Shown: in pieces, positions 1 to 9,174 of the stretch
How the letters are laid out: each line of letters begins with the position of its first letter
How positions within the stretch are numbered: position 1 is the stretch's first letter
Source: an uncultured bacterium
GTDB taxonomy: Bacteria > Verrucomicrobiota > Kiritimatiellia > CAIVKH01
Assembly: GCA_937958885.1 (NCBI GenBank)
Contig: CALGMT010000001.1
Coordinates: forward strand, 21,735 to 85,734
Direction of reading: 5' to 3'
Length of the DNA stretch: 64,000 nucleotides
Notes under the pieces: model-generated
The model's database searches: none
What the model was told of the DNA's origin: nothing
What the model saw: the letters and a program-made list of their open reading frames with translations, nothing else
Position numbers and translations under genes: made by a program

Positions 1-839
1 ACGGCGGTTTCGACCTCCGGGTCCATGCCGTCGATAAAATACTCGGCGGGCAGGCCGAGCCGCATGCCGGTCAACTCGCGCCCCAACCCGCTCGCCAGCG
101 AGGTCGGCGGCAGATCAAGGGAGGTCGAATCGCGGGGATCGCGCCCGGAGATGACATCATGCAGCAGCGCGGCGTCGCGCACATCCTTGGTGAGCGGCCC
201 GATCTGGTCGAGCGAGGACGCATAGGCCACCAAGCCATATCGGGAAACGCGCCCATAGGTCGGCTTCAATCCGACGCACCCGCAGAGCGCGGCCGGTTGG
301 CGAATGGATCCTCCGGTATCCGTGCCGAGGGCGGCGGGGCAGAGATCCGCGGCGACGGCTGCCGCTGATCCGCCGCTGGAGCCGCCGGGCACGCGCTCCA
401 AATCCCATGGGTTGCGCGTGAGCTGGCGCGACGAGTTTTCCGTGCTGGAGCCCATCGCGAATTCGTCCATGTTCAGGATGCCCAACGGAATCGCGCCGGC
501 CGCGCGCAAACGCTCAACCGCTGTGGCATCGAAGGGAGCGCGATAGCCCTCCAAAATCCGCGAGCCGCACGTGCACGGCCATCCACTGACATTGAGCACG
601 TCTTTGATGCCGACGGGCACTCCCAGCAATGGGGCGCGTTCTCCCCGCGAGCGCCGTTCATCGGCCGCGCGCGCTTGGGCGCGCGCGCCATCCGCATCAA
701 CGGTCAAATATGCGCCGATCGCGCGGTCCAACCGATCAATCCGATCGAGGTACGCATCGGTCAGTTCGAGGGAGGAAATGGCGCCCTCGCGCACGCGTCG
801 CGCGCTCTCCGCCAAGGTCCATGTGGTCGGCTCGCTCAT
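1..839 (-). CDS. gatA: Glu/Asp-tRNA amidotransferase subunit A, N-terminal part (gene runs off the left edge)
   Basis: Absent from the ORF track because there is no stop in the window. My reverse translation from ATG 839-837 reads [34 protein letters not shown]...[14 protein letters not shown]...[36 protein letters not shown], which is the amidase signature. It starts 3 nt after the gatC stop. Confidence 0.9.
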   Translation of the reverse strand, partial: MSEPTTWTLAESARRVREGAISSLELTDAYLDRIDRLDRAIGAYLTVDADGARAQARAADERRSRGERAPLLGVPVGIKDVLNVSGWPCTCGSRILEGYRAPFDATAVERLRAAGAIPLGILNMDEFAMGSSTENSSRQLTRNPWDLERVPGGSSGGSAAAVAADLCPAALGTDTGGSIRQPAALCGCVGLKPTYGRVSRYGLVAYASSLDQIGPLTKDVRDAALLHDVISGRDPRDSTSLDLPPTSLASGLGRELTGMRLGLPAEYFIDGMDPEVETA

Positions 840-842
840 CGG

Positions 843-1142
843 CTATTCGATGATGCGGGGAACAATGAACAAGCCCAAACGCCGCTCCGGCGCATTGGCC
901 ATCACAGCGGCATGATCGAGGCCGGGCGCACTAACGTCCGCGCGCATGACATTCTGCGTTTCGAGCGCCTGCGTCATCGGCTCGATGCCGGAGACATCGA
1001 CCTCGTTCAAGGTCTCGACATACGCGAGTATGTCCTCCAACTGCGCCTGCAGTCGCGCGCATTCGTCCTCGCCAAGTTTCAATCGCGCAAGACGCGCGAC
1101 GTAGGCGACATCGAACGGGGACTGTCGTTCCGTCTCGCTCAT
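843..1142 (-). CDS. gatC: Glu/Asp-tRNA amidotransferase subunit C
   Basis: Track ORF 843..1184 trimmed to the internal ATG at 1142 (MSETERQSPFDVAYVARLARLKLGEDECARLQAQLEDILAYVETLNEVDVSGIEPM). About 99 aa, typical GatC size and sequence, and immediately upstream of gatA. Confidence 0.85.
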   Translation of the reverse strand: MSETERQSPFDVAYVARLARLKLGEDECARLQAQLEDILAYVETLNEVDVSGIEPMTQALETQNVMRADVSAPGLDHAAVMANAPERRLGLFIVPRIIE

Positions 1143-1149
1143 TCGCCCC

Positions 1150-2727
1150 CTACAACTCGATCGCAAAAAAGCAGTGCGCATCAATGTCTGTCGCCACCTT
1201 GCGCACGGTTTCCGGCCGGACGGCCTGATTGACCTTGAGGATCGCGATCGACTCCTCGCCTTTCACATCATGCGGATTGCGCACATCGTCGATGTTCACC
1301 CCGGCGGCCGCGAGCGCGGCGCCGATCTGTCCGAGCACGCCGGGACGATCCTTGTACGTGAAGACCACTGTGTGCCCGCGCGGGACAAAGTACAGATTAT
1401 GGAACTCATTGATCCGCGAGACCATGATCGTGTTCTCGGTCACCGTGCCGCGGATGCTGATGGTGCGCAGCTTGTCGTGCGCAGCGCCGCCGGTCAGATC
1501 CAGCGTAATCGAATTCTCGAACCCCTTGCGCGTGTCCGTTTCGCGGTCGTTGTAATCGATGCCCATGTCGGCGAGATACTTTCGGGCGGCCGCGGCGCCC
1601 ATCGATCGATCGAACGATTCGTCGATCGCGGCCACCACCGGCGAGAGCAGCCATTCCGCAAACGGTTTGAGCGTGCCGTAGAAGCTGGTTTCGATAAGCT
1701 TGAGTTGCGCATCCGATCCCAAAAACGCGCGCGCGAACTTCGCGAGGGTATGCGCGAGTTCGACGTACATGCGGTCCAGACCCGGCGGGATGTCGCGGTT
1801 CACGATGAAGGGGGACATGCCCTTCTCGTCGAACTCGATCAACTCCTGCGCGGCCAATGCGGCGGCTTTCGTGTTGGCTTCTTTGGTGCTGGCGCCCAGA
1901 TGCGGCAGCATGATGTCGGCGATGTCGGCGACCGACTTTGGGCCTTCGGCATCCTTCGGATAGACGTCGTTCAGGAAACGAATGCCGCGCTCGGCCTTTA
2001 TTTTCCTGAGATCCTCCTCGTTGACCACGCCCGCGCGCGCGCAATTAATCAGCGTCGCGCCTTTTTTCATGCGGCCGAGCAGACTCGCATTGACGAGTCC
2101 ACGTGTTTCGTTGTTTTCCGGGATATGCAGCGTGACATAATCCGCGCGTTCGAAGAGGGTCGGAAGATCCACCAGTTCGACGCCGAGTTGCTCGGCGCGG
2201 TCGCTGGAGATCACGGGATCGTATCCGATCAGGACGCACTCGAACCCCTCCAGCCGCTTCGCAACCAGCTGGCCGATCGCGCCGAGGCCGACGATGCCGA
2301 CGGTCTTGCCGCTGATTTCGCGCCCCATAAACGCCTTCTTCTCCCATTGACCGGCTCGGCAGGAGGCGTCCGCCTTGATGATGTGGCGCGCGTCGGCGAG
2401 CATGAGGGCAATGACTTCCTCGGCGACCGCATTCGCGTTCGCGCCGGGCGTGGTCATGACGTCGATGTTCTTCTTGCGCGCGTACGTCGAGTCGATGGTG
2501 TCGTAACCCGAACCTGCGCGAACGATCACGCGGAGCGCGGGTAGCGCATCGATGATATCCTTCGTGATCTTTTCGCTACGGACGATGAGCGCATAGGTGT
2601 CCGGATGGCGGCGAATCAAGCCGGGCAGATCGGAGGTCTCCTCGACCACCACAACGTAGCGTCCGGTCGCATCGAGGATTTCCTTCACAATGGGGTTGAG
2701 TTTTGTCGGGATGAGTACCTTTTTCAT
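1150..2727 (-). CDS. serA: D-3-phosphoglycerate dehydrogenase, long form with C-terminal ACT domain
   Basis: Track ORF 1150..2802 trimmed to ATG 2727 (MKKVLIPTKL). NAD Rossmann motif GKTVGIVGLGAIGQLVA. C-terminal ACT-like region HTVVFTYKDRPGVLGQIGAALAAAGVNIDD. Confidence 0.9.
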   Translation of the reverse strand: MKKVLIPTKLNPIVKEILDATGRYVVVVEETSDLPGLIRRHPDTYALIVRSEKITKDIIDALPALRVIVRAGSGYDTIDSTYARKKNIDVMTTPGANANAVAEEVIALMLADARHIIKADASCRAGQWEKKAFMGREISGKTVGIVGLGAIGQLVAKRLEGFECVLIGYDPVISSDRAEQLGVELVDLPTLFERADYVTLHIPENNETRGLVNASLLGRMKKGATLINCARAGVVNEEDLRKIKAERGIRFLNDVYPKDAEGPKSVADIADIMLPHLGASTKEANTKAAALAAQELIEFDEKGMSPFIVNRDIPPGLDRMYVELAHTLAKFARAFLGSDAQLKLIETSFYGTLKPFAEWLLSPVVAAIDESFDRSMGAAAARKYLADMGIDYNDRETDTRKGFENSITLDLTGGAAHDKLRTISIRGTVTENTIMVSRINEFHNLYFVPRGHTVVFTYKDRPGVLGQIGAALAAAGVNIDDVRNPHDVKGEESIAILKVNQAVRPETVRKVATDIDAHCFFAIEL

Positions 2728-2798
2728 GGCGCCTTTCGTCGAAAAGAATGAGCGGCGACCGTAGCCCCGTTTGCGCCTCGAATCAAGCCCCGGCAGGA

Positions 2799-3314
2799 TC
2801 AAATCGCTTTCGGAGCGAGGGCGGCGATAGCGGTATGGGCATGGGCGTGGCAGATGGCGATCGCGAGGGCGTCGGCCGAGTCTTCTTGCGGCGTTTCCTT
2901 CAGCCCCAGCAGGCGGATCACCATGCGTGCGACCTGCTCCTTGTCGGCCTCGCCGTGTCCCACCAAGGCCTGCTTCACGCGCCGGGGGGAGTATTCATAC
3001 ACGGGCAGCCCCGCGCGCGCACACGCGGCGATCACGACGCCGCGAGCCTCCCCAAGCGTGACGGCAGTCTTGACGTTCCGGCAGTAAAAGATCCCCTCCA
3101 CCGCGGCGGCAGCCGGCGCATATTGCGCAATGAGCCGCGCCAGGCCGTCGTCCAACCCTGCCAGACAGGCGGATCGCGCTGTTGATGCGGGGAACGAGAG
3201 GGTCATCGCCTCCACCAGCCGAATGGCGGCGCCGGCGGTTTCGATAATGCCTACGCCGGTCGAGCGAAGAGAGGTATCTATGCCCACGATGCGCACAGCG
3301 GCGCGTCCCCCCAC
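2799..3314 (-). CDS. ruvC: Holliday junction resolvase RuvC
   Basis: VRIVGIDTSLRSTGVGIIE...EYSPRRVKQALVGHGEADKEQVARMV...DSADALAIAICHAH. The track start at 3314 is a GTG. An alternative GTG at 3296 gives the classical VRIVGID N-terminus. Confidence 0.85.
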   Translation of the reverse strand: MGGRAAVRIVGIDTSLRSTGVGIIETAGAAIRLVEAMTLSFPASTARSACLAGLDDGLARLIAQYAPAAAAVEGIFYCRNVKTAVTLGEARGVVIAACARAGLPVYEYSPRRVKQALVGHGEADKEQVARMVIRLLGLKETPQEDSADALAIAICHAHAHTAIAALAPKAI

Positions 3315-3317
3315 GCC

Positions 3318-4070
3318 CTACTCCTGCGCCTTTGCCATCACATCGTCTGCGATGTCGGCATTGGCATATACATTTTGCACATCGTCCAGCTCCTCGAGCG
3401 CCTCGATGAACGCCAGCAACTGTTTCGCCTTTTCCGGATCGGCCACCGGCAGGGTGGTGTCCGGAATCATCGAAATCTCGCTGGTCTCCGGCTTGAGACC
3501 CGCCGCGGAAAGCGCCTCGCTGACCGCGCCGTACTGCGCCGGTTCGCAGGTCACTTCGAACAGATCGCCGTCGCGCTGCACGTCTTCGGCGCCCGCGTCC
3601 AGCGCGATCTCCAACAAACGGTCTTCTTCCACCGATGCCGCCGGCACGGTGAAATAGCCGCGCCGCTTGAAGTTGCGCATCACGGCGCCGGCCCCGGCGA
3701 GGTTGCCGCCATGCTTCGTGAACGCATGGCGCACTTCGGAAGCCGTACGATTGCGATTGTCGGAGAGCGTTTGCACCACGATCGAGACGCCGCCGGGTCC
3801 ATAGCCCTCATAGACAATCTCCTCGAGCACCTGACCTTCCAGCTCGCCGGTGCCCCGCTTGATGGCGCGCTCGATATTATCGGCGGGCATATTCACGCCG
3901 CGCGCCTTCTGAATTAACGCGCGCAGCGTGATGTTCGCGGACGGATCGCCGCCGCCGCTGCGCGCGGCGACCATGATTTCTTTCGCGATCTTGCTGAAGA
4001 CCTTCCCTTTGACGGCGTCAGCGGCGGCCTTCTTGTGCTTGATGTTCGCCCATTTACTGTGTCCAGCCAT
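3318..4070 (-). CDS. yebC: YebC/PmpR family DNA-binding transcriptional regulator
   Basis: MAGHSKWANIKHKKAAADAVKGKVFSKIAKEIMVAAR... is the near-invariant YebC N-terminus. 250 aa, and the common yebC-ruvC adjacency is present. Confidence 0.9.
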   Translation of the reverse strand: MAGHSKWANIKHKKAAADAVKGKVFSKIAKEIMVAARSGGGDPSANITLRALIQKARGVNMPADNIERAIKRGTGELEGQVLEEIVYEGYGPGGVSIVVQTLSDNRNRTASEVRHAFTKHGGNLAGAGAVMRNFKRRGYFTVPAASVEEDRLLEIALDAGAEDVQRDGDLFEVTCEPAQYGAVSEALSAAGLKPETSEISMIPDTTLPVADPEKAKQLLAFIEALEELDDVQNVYANADIADDVMAKAQE

Positions 4071-4099
4071 GTGAGAATCGGGGTTGGGGGTTGGATTCG

Positions 4100-6136
4100 T
4101 TATTCGTCGGATTCGGCCTGCTTGTTCTTCTGCGCCTCGGCAATCACTTTTTGCGCAACGTGGTTCGGAACGGTGTCGTACCGCGCAAACGCCGCCTCGA
4201 AACTGCCCTGACCATGCGTGATACTGCGCAGTTCCGACGAGTATTTGAATAATTCAGCCTGTGGGATTTCGGCTTCGATCACTTGCAACCCGGCGTTCGC
4301 CTCGATGTTCAAGATGCGGCCGCGCTTGTGATTCAAGTCACCGGTGACGTCGCCCATATATTTGTCCGGCACCGTGATGCGAACCCTCATGATGGGTTCG
4401 AGCAGTACGGGGCGCGCGTTCTGCATCCCGTTGGTGAACGCGCGCGCGGCGGCGATCTTGAAGGCGATCTCCGATGAATCCACTTCGTGATGCGATCCGT
4501 CGTAGATGGTGACCTTCGTCTGCACTACAGGCGCGCCGGCGAGGATGCCGCGCGACATGCCTTCCAGCAGGCCCTTCTGAATCGCGGGCAAAAAATTGCG
4601 CGGCACATTCGTGCCGACCAGCGCATCCTCGAACCAGTCATCGTCGCCCGGAGGCAGCGGCGAAAGCCGGATATAGACCTCCCCGTACTGGCCGCGACCG
4701 CCGGATTGCTTCTTGTGCTTGTAATGGCCTTCCGCGCGCGCGGTGATGGTTTCCTTGTAGGGCACCTTCGGGGTCGAGAGCACGACGTCGACATTGCTGC
4801 GCTTCTTCATACGCCCGACGGCAATGTCGAGGTGGATGTCCCCCATTCCACTCAAGATCAATTCCTTGGTTTCCGTGTTGCGCTCGACCTTCAGCGTGGG
4901 ATCCTCCTCCGCCACACGCTGAAGGCCGACGCCGATTTTGTCGTCGTCTCCCGCGCTTTTCGGCGCTACCGCGACGGACATGACCGGCTGGGGATAGTCG
5001 ATCGGTGCGAAACGAATCGAATGGCCGGGCGCGCACAGCGAATCACCGTTCTGGGTGATTTTCAGCTTCGGCAACGCGACAATATCGCCGGCATGCGCCT
5101 CGGTGACGGATATATCCTTCCGCCCGTTGACCACGTGCACAAAACCAATGCGCTCCTTCTGACCCTTGTTCACATTGAAAATTTCGGAGTCGGCGCGAAG
5201 CGTGCCGCCATAGATGCGGAGGAACGAAAGTTGCCCGACATACGCATCGTTGACCGATCGCCACACCTGCGCCGCAAGCGGGGCCTCGGGCGACGGATCG
5301 ACCGGCCGTCCTTCCGCATCCGCAATCGCGCGCTCCATCGGCGACGGAAAGAGATGATACAGCTCTTCGAGCAACTCCGATATACCGATTCCCTGCAGCG
5401 GCTCGGCTTCGAAAACCGGCACGAGATGCCCGCGCCGCACGGCAACGCGCAATCCGCCGACGAGTTCGTCGTGCGAGAGATGTTCCCCGCCGAGATACTT
5501 TTCGAGCAGCGCGTCATCCTCCTCCGCCGCGTCCTCCTCCAACACGTTCATCGCCTGCTCGGCTTCTCCGGCCAGTTCGTCGGGAATCTGCCCCTCGATG
5601 ATATCGATGATCCGACTGCGATCATGCGTGGGAATTTCGATCGGCACGCATTTCCTGCCCCACACTTCCTGGATGCGCGCAAGCATGCCGTCGAAGTCGG
5701 CGTTCTCCTTGTCCAGTCCGGTGATCACGATACCGCGCGGCAGTTTGAGCTCTTCAAGGCGACGCCAGGCGCGGAACGTGCCGACCTGGATTCCGGAAGC
5801 AGCGTCAATCACCAGCAGGGCCGCATCCGCGACGGACGTGGCTGCCGTCAACTGTCCGGTGAAATCGGCATAGCCGGGTGTGTCGATAAAGACAAAGTTG
5901 ACCGGCTTTCCGTCGCGCGCCTCATAGCGGACCGTGAACGGCTTGGCCCAGATAGTGATCTTGCGCTCCTTCTCCTCGTCGTTCCAATCCGCCGCGCTCG
6001 TTCCCGCGGCGGGCGAGCCGAGCCGGTCGCTCGCGCCCAGCTTGAACAGCAATGCATCGAGCAAGGTGGTCTTTCCGCTTCCAGTATGACCGACGATCGC
6101 GATGTTTCGGGTCTGGGCGACGGGCAAGTCTTTCAT
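4100..6136 (-). CDS. Elongation factor G paralog (EF-G2-like translational GTPase)
   Basis: Track ORF trimmed to ATG 6136 (MKDLPVAQTRNIAIVGHTGSGKTTLLDALL = G1/P-loop). FIDTPGYADF = G3. Full five-domain length (678 aa). Not in a str-operon context. Confidence 0.85.
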   Translation of the reverse strand: MKDLPVAQTRNIAIVGHTGSGKTTLLDALLFKLGASDRLGSPAAGTSAADWNDEEKERKITIWAKPFTVRYEARDGKPVNFVFIDTPGYADFTGQLTAATSVADAALLVIDAASGIQVGTFRAWRRLEELKLPRGIVITGLDKENADFDGMLARIQEVWGRKCVPIEIPTHDRSRIIDIIEGQIPDELAGEAEQAMNVLEEDAAEEDDALLEKYLGGEHLSHDELVGGLRVAVRRGHLVPVFEAEPLQGIGISELLEELYHLFPSPMERAIADAEGRPVDPSPEAPLAAQVWRSVNDAYVGQLSFLRIYGGTLRADSEIFNVNKGQKERIGFVHVVNGRKDISVTEAHAGDIVALPKLKITQNGDSLCAPGHSIRFAPIDYPQPVMSVAVAPKSAGDDDKIGVGLQRVAEEDPTLKVERNTETKELILSGMGDIHLDIAVGRMKKRSNVDVVLSTPKVPYKETITARAEGHYKHKKQSGGRGQYGEVYIRLSPLPPGDDDWFEDALVGTNVPRNFLPAIQKGLLEGMSRGILAGAPVVQTKVTIYDGSHHEVDSSEIAFKIAAARAFTNGMQNARPVLLEPIMRVRITVPDKYMGDVTGDLNHKRGRILNIEANAGLQVIEAEIPQAELFKYSSELRSITHGQGSFEAAFARYDTVPNHVAQKVIAEAQKNKQAESDE

Positions 6137-6234
6137 ATTGTGCAAGCTCCAGCATACGTTGGTCGACACGCGTTAAGCGCGAGCCAGGAAGAGGTTGATA
6201 CCGCAGCTCGAGCGGGCGGGCAACGATAAATGCA

Positions 6235-6816
6235 TTATCGCGCGTCGGCGGCCAAGTCGCGAAGTTGCGTCCGGAGGTCGTCCATGTCCACGGCGCCGGG
6301 CAGTTGCTTGCGAACGGCCCCCCGCCCGTCCACCAACACATAGGTCGGCAACGCGCGCGCGCCGCCCAGCGCGGCCAGCGCCGCGGGTGTCGCACGCGCG
6401 ATCGGAAATATCGCATTCAATCCGTCCGCCACGCGGGCCGCATCCTCATTGGGATCGAGCGCCGTCAGCAAGCCGACAACCGCCAACCCGCTCGCCTGCG
6501 ATTCCTCATACACGGCATTCACCTGCCGAACCGCGCGCAGGAGGTCATGCGTGCCCGCGCCGAGCACCGCCACCAGCAATGGGCGCCCCTTGTAGGACTC
6601 GACGCTGAACACGCCCTCCGCGCCGGACAGGAAACGAGCCGGCGCGGCATCGACAGACGCCGCCGCGCGATCCGAGATCGCCGAGTCCGCCGGTTTTGCG
6701 CGCTCGCCGGACGGCTTGATTTCACAGCCTGCAGCGGCCACGCTGAGCACGACAACCGCCGGCAATCCGAGGCCGCGCAGTAACCCGCTATCGAGCTTGT
6801 TATTTATCCCCCACAT
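6235..6816 (-). CDS. Thioredoxin-fold (TlpA/redoxin-like) lipoprotein lacking the CXXC motif
   Basis: Signal peptide with lipobox LSVAAAGC. Redoxin-like core GRPLLVAVLGAGTHDLLRAVRQVNAVYEE...ALPTYVLVDGRGAVRKQLPG. The only Cys is the lipobox Cys. Confidence 0.6.
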   Translation of the reverse strand: MWGINNKLDSGLLRGLGLPAVVVLSVAAAGCEIKPSGERAKPADSAISDRAAASVDAAPARFLSGAEGVFSVESYKGRPLLVAVLGAGTHDLLRAVRQVNAVYEESQASGLAVVGLLTALDPNEDAARVADGLNAIFPIARATPAALAALGGARALPTYVLVDGRGAVRKQLPGAVDMDDLRTQLRDLAADAR

Positions 6817-6858
6817 GGATTACCTTTCTCATTAATCAATTTCGACTGAGTGTCCTTT

Positions 6859-7764
6859 ATGAGCAAGAACAAAACATGGTCTCCGCCCGGCTGGCCCTGG
6901 GAGCTGGATCTGCTGGCGTTGATCTTTGTGGTCATCGCGCTGGTGGTCCCCTACGTGTATTTCGGCGGAGCGGCGAGCGACGACGTCACGCGCGCACTTC
7001 GCGAACAGCAGCATGTGCTGTGGGCCATCGGCATCGTGGTGCTTTTCGTGATGCATCTGGCGGTCGGCGGCGCGACGCTGGAATTGATCTCGACGCCCTT
7101 CCTGCACTTGATCTCGCCGGTGGTCTTCGCGCTCATCGCCTACTATCGTTCGCACACCGTTTTCACGCAGGCGCAAATCGAAAGCCGAATCGACGGCAGT
7201 CCGCTTCAGTACATCGCGGTGGCGGCCGGCTCGCTGATCCTCTCGCTACTCGTCGCGCGGTTCCGCAAATCCCGCTTCCTCTTTCGGTTTCGCAATGTTC
7301 AGTGGGACATTATCCAGAAAGCGCCGTACGACAACACGTACTGGAATCTCATCACAGAGTTTCAACCGCTCGTCTATCCGCCGCGCGCGTACCGCGCCTG
7401 CAGCGAGGGCATCCTGATCGAGGGTTGGTTCTACGTAATGGCGGTGCCGTTCGAAATGTTCCAGAGCCTGACCGCCGCCGCCGGTTTGCGTCATGCGACG
7501 AACGGTCGCTACCTGGCGTCGACCACGCGCAACATGATCCGCATCGAGCTGTTGGATAATTCGGAGCCGCTCTACATTTCACCCGCAAATCGGCAGGAGT
7601 TTCTCTCCTATTGCGCCAGCCATTTCGGTCGCTTGCGCCCGCTTGCGGGGCATTCCGCGAGAGGCACGCACGCGGGAACTCAGCAAAGCAGCCAAACCGC
7701 GCACGGCACCGCAAAGGGCACCTTTTACGGGCGTCGCACGGAGCACGGCACGAGGGCTCCGTGA
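6859..7764 (+). CDS. Polytopic membrane protein of unknown function
   Basis: The track start 6850 is GTG, and I prefer ATG 6859 (MSKNKTW). Four hydrophobic helices in the first ~150 aa, then a soluble C-terminal domain. I read no catalytic motif. Confidence 0.5.
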   Translation: MSKNKTWSPPGWPWELDLLALIFVVIALVVPYVYFGGAASDDVTRALREQQHVLWAIGIVVLFVMHLAVGGATLELISTPFLHLISPVVFALIAYYRSHTVFTQAQIESRIDGSPLQYIAVAAGSLILSLLVARFRKSRFLFRFRNVQWDIIQKAPYDNTYWNLITEFQPLVYPPRAYRACSEGILIEGWFYVMAVPFEMFQSLTAAAGLRHATNGRYLASTTRNMIRIELLDNSEPLYISPANRQEFLSYCASHFGRLRPLAGHSARGTHAGTQQSSQTAHGTAKGTFYGRRTEHGTRAP

Positions 7765-9174
7765 TTGCCTGAACCCCGGATCACGCCGACCGCCTTCGAT
7801 CCCGCCGCACGCCACGCCGCCGAGCGCCTCGCCGAGGCCGGATTCCTCGCCTATTTCGCGGGCGGCTGCGTGCGCGATGCGCTGCTCGGCCGAACGTGCA
7901 AGGACACCGACATCGCGACAAACGCGAGCCCCGACCAGGTCGCGGCGCTGTTTCCCGGCGCGCGGTTCATCGGCAAATCGTTCGGGGTCACGCTCGTGCC
8001 CGTCGGAGAGCGGCATTTCGAAGTCGCAACCTTCCGCCGCGACATCGGCAGCGCGGACGGACGCCGCCCGGATGCGGTGGAATTCGCCCAACCGGAGGAG
8101 GACGCCAAACGGCGAGACTTCACCATCAACGGATTATTTTTCGATCCAGTGTCCGGTGCGGTGGTCGATTATGTCGGCGGCATTACCGACCTCCGCGCCG
8201 GGCGCATACGCGCGATCGGCGATCCGCGCGCCCGCTTCCGCGAAGATCATCTCCGCATGTTGCGCGCGGTGCGCTTCGCAGGGACGCTGCTATTCGATAT
8301 CGATCCGGAAACCGCGGACGCCATTCGTTCGGACGCCGAGGCGATTCTGCGCATCAGCGCCGAACGCATCCTGCAGGAACTCACGCGCACCTTCACCGAG
8401 TCCCCGCGGCCCGGACGCGCGCTGATGCTGCTGCGCGAAACCGGACTGCTGCGCTATGTCCTGCCCGAGGTGGACGCGATGGCCGGCGTCGCCCAGCCGC
8501 CGCAGTTCCATCCGGAGGGCGATGTCTTTGTCCACACGGCGCTCGCGCTTGACCGGATGGAAGCGCCGGACCCCGCGCTCGCCTGGTCCGTCCTACTCCA
8601 TGACGTGGGAAAACCGCCGACGTATTCGGTCGATGCAAACGGACATATTCGCTTCCAGAATCACGCGGCAGTCGGCGCCGAATTGGCTGAGGCGATCCTC
8701 CGCCGACTCCGCGCTTCAAACGAGTTGCGCGAGGCGGTCGTCCATGCCGTCCGCCACCACATGCGATTCGTGGACTGGCCGCGCATGAAGAGCGCCACGC
8801 GGCGCCGGCTGGCGGCGCACCCGCTCTTTCCGATGGAGCTCGCCTTGCACAAGGCCGACTGCCTTGCGAGCCACGGCATGCTTGACACGCACGCGTCGGC
8901 GCAGGAAGAGCTCGCGCGTTTTCGCGCGGAACCCAGGTTGCCGGACCCGTGGATCAACGGACGCGAGATCATGGCCATGGGCGTGCCGGAAGGACCGCTG
9001 GTCGGCGTGTGGCGCCGCGCCGCGTTCGACGCGCAACTGGAAGGCCGCTTCGCCGATCGCGATGCGCTCGCTACGTGGCTGCGGGATGAGATTCAACGCG
9101 GCGCGCAGCCGCCGGCGGCTGCTGATGCACCCACACTGCCGCGCCGAGCCCCATCACCAGATTCATCAGCATGA
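7765..9174 (+). CDS. cca: CCA-adding tRNA nucleotidyltransferase / poly(A) polymerase family with HD domain
   Basis: YFAGGCVRDALLGRTCKDTDIATNA (polymerase-beta head motif), RRDFTINGLFFD, HD motif VLLHDVGKP. The track start is a TTG directly after the upstream TGA, so the start is uncertain. Confidence 0.8.
   Translation: MPEPRITPTAFDPAARHAAERLAEAGFLAYFAGGCVRDALLGRTCKDTDIATNASPDQVAALFPGARFIGKSFGVTLVPVGERHFEVATFRRDIGSADGRRPDAVEFAQPEEDAKRRDFTINGLFFDPVSGAVVDYVGGITDLRAGRIRAIGDPRARFREDHLRMLRAVRFAGTLLFDIDPETADAIRSDAEAILRISAERILQELTRTFTESPRPGRALMLLRETGLLRYVLPEVDAMAGVAQPPQFHPEGDVFVHTALALDRMEAPDPALAWSVLLHDVGKPPTYSVDANGHIRFQNHAAVGAELAEAILRRLRASNELREAVVHAVRHHMRFVDWPRMKSATRRRLAAHPLFPMELALHKADCLASHGMLDTHASAQEELARFRAEPRLPDPWINGREIMAMGVPEGPLVGVWRRAAFDAQLEGRFADRDALATWLRDEIQRGAQPPAAADAPTLPRRAPSPDSSA

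Noticed and set aside
1174-2544. 456-aa plus-strand ORF antisense to serA. Similar long antisense ORFs occur at 4487-6229, 8864-10135, 10858-11523, 11963-12922, 12953-13879, 24073-25293, 24665-25768, 28340-29170, 56076-57380 and 53493-54644.
   Set aside because: Each is opposite a gene with clear family motifs. Their translations are Arg/Ala/Gly/His-rich with no recognisable domains. High GC suppresses stop codons on the antisense strand.
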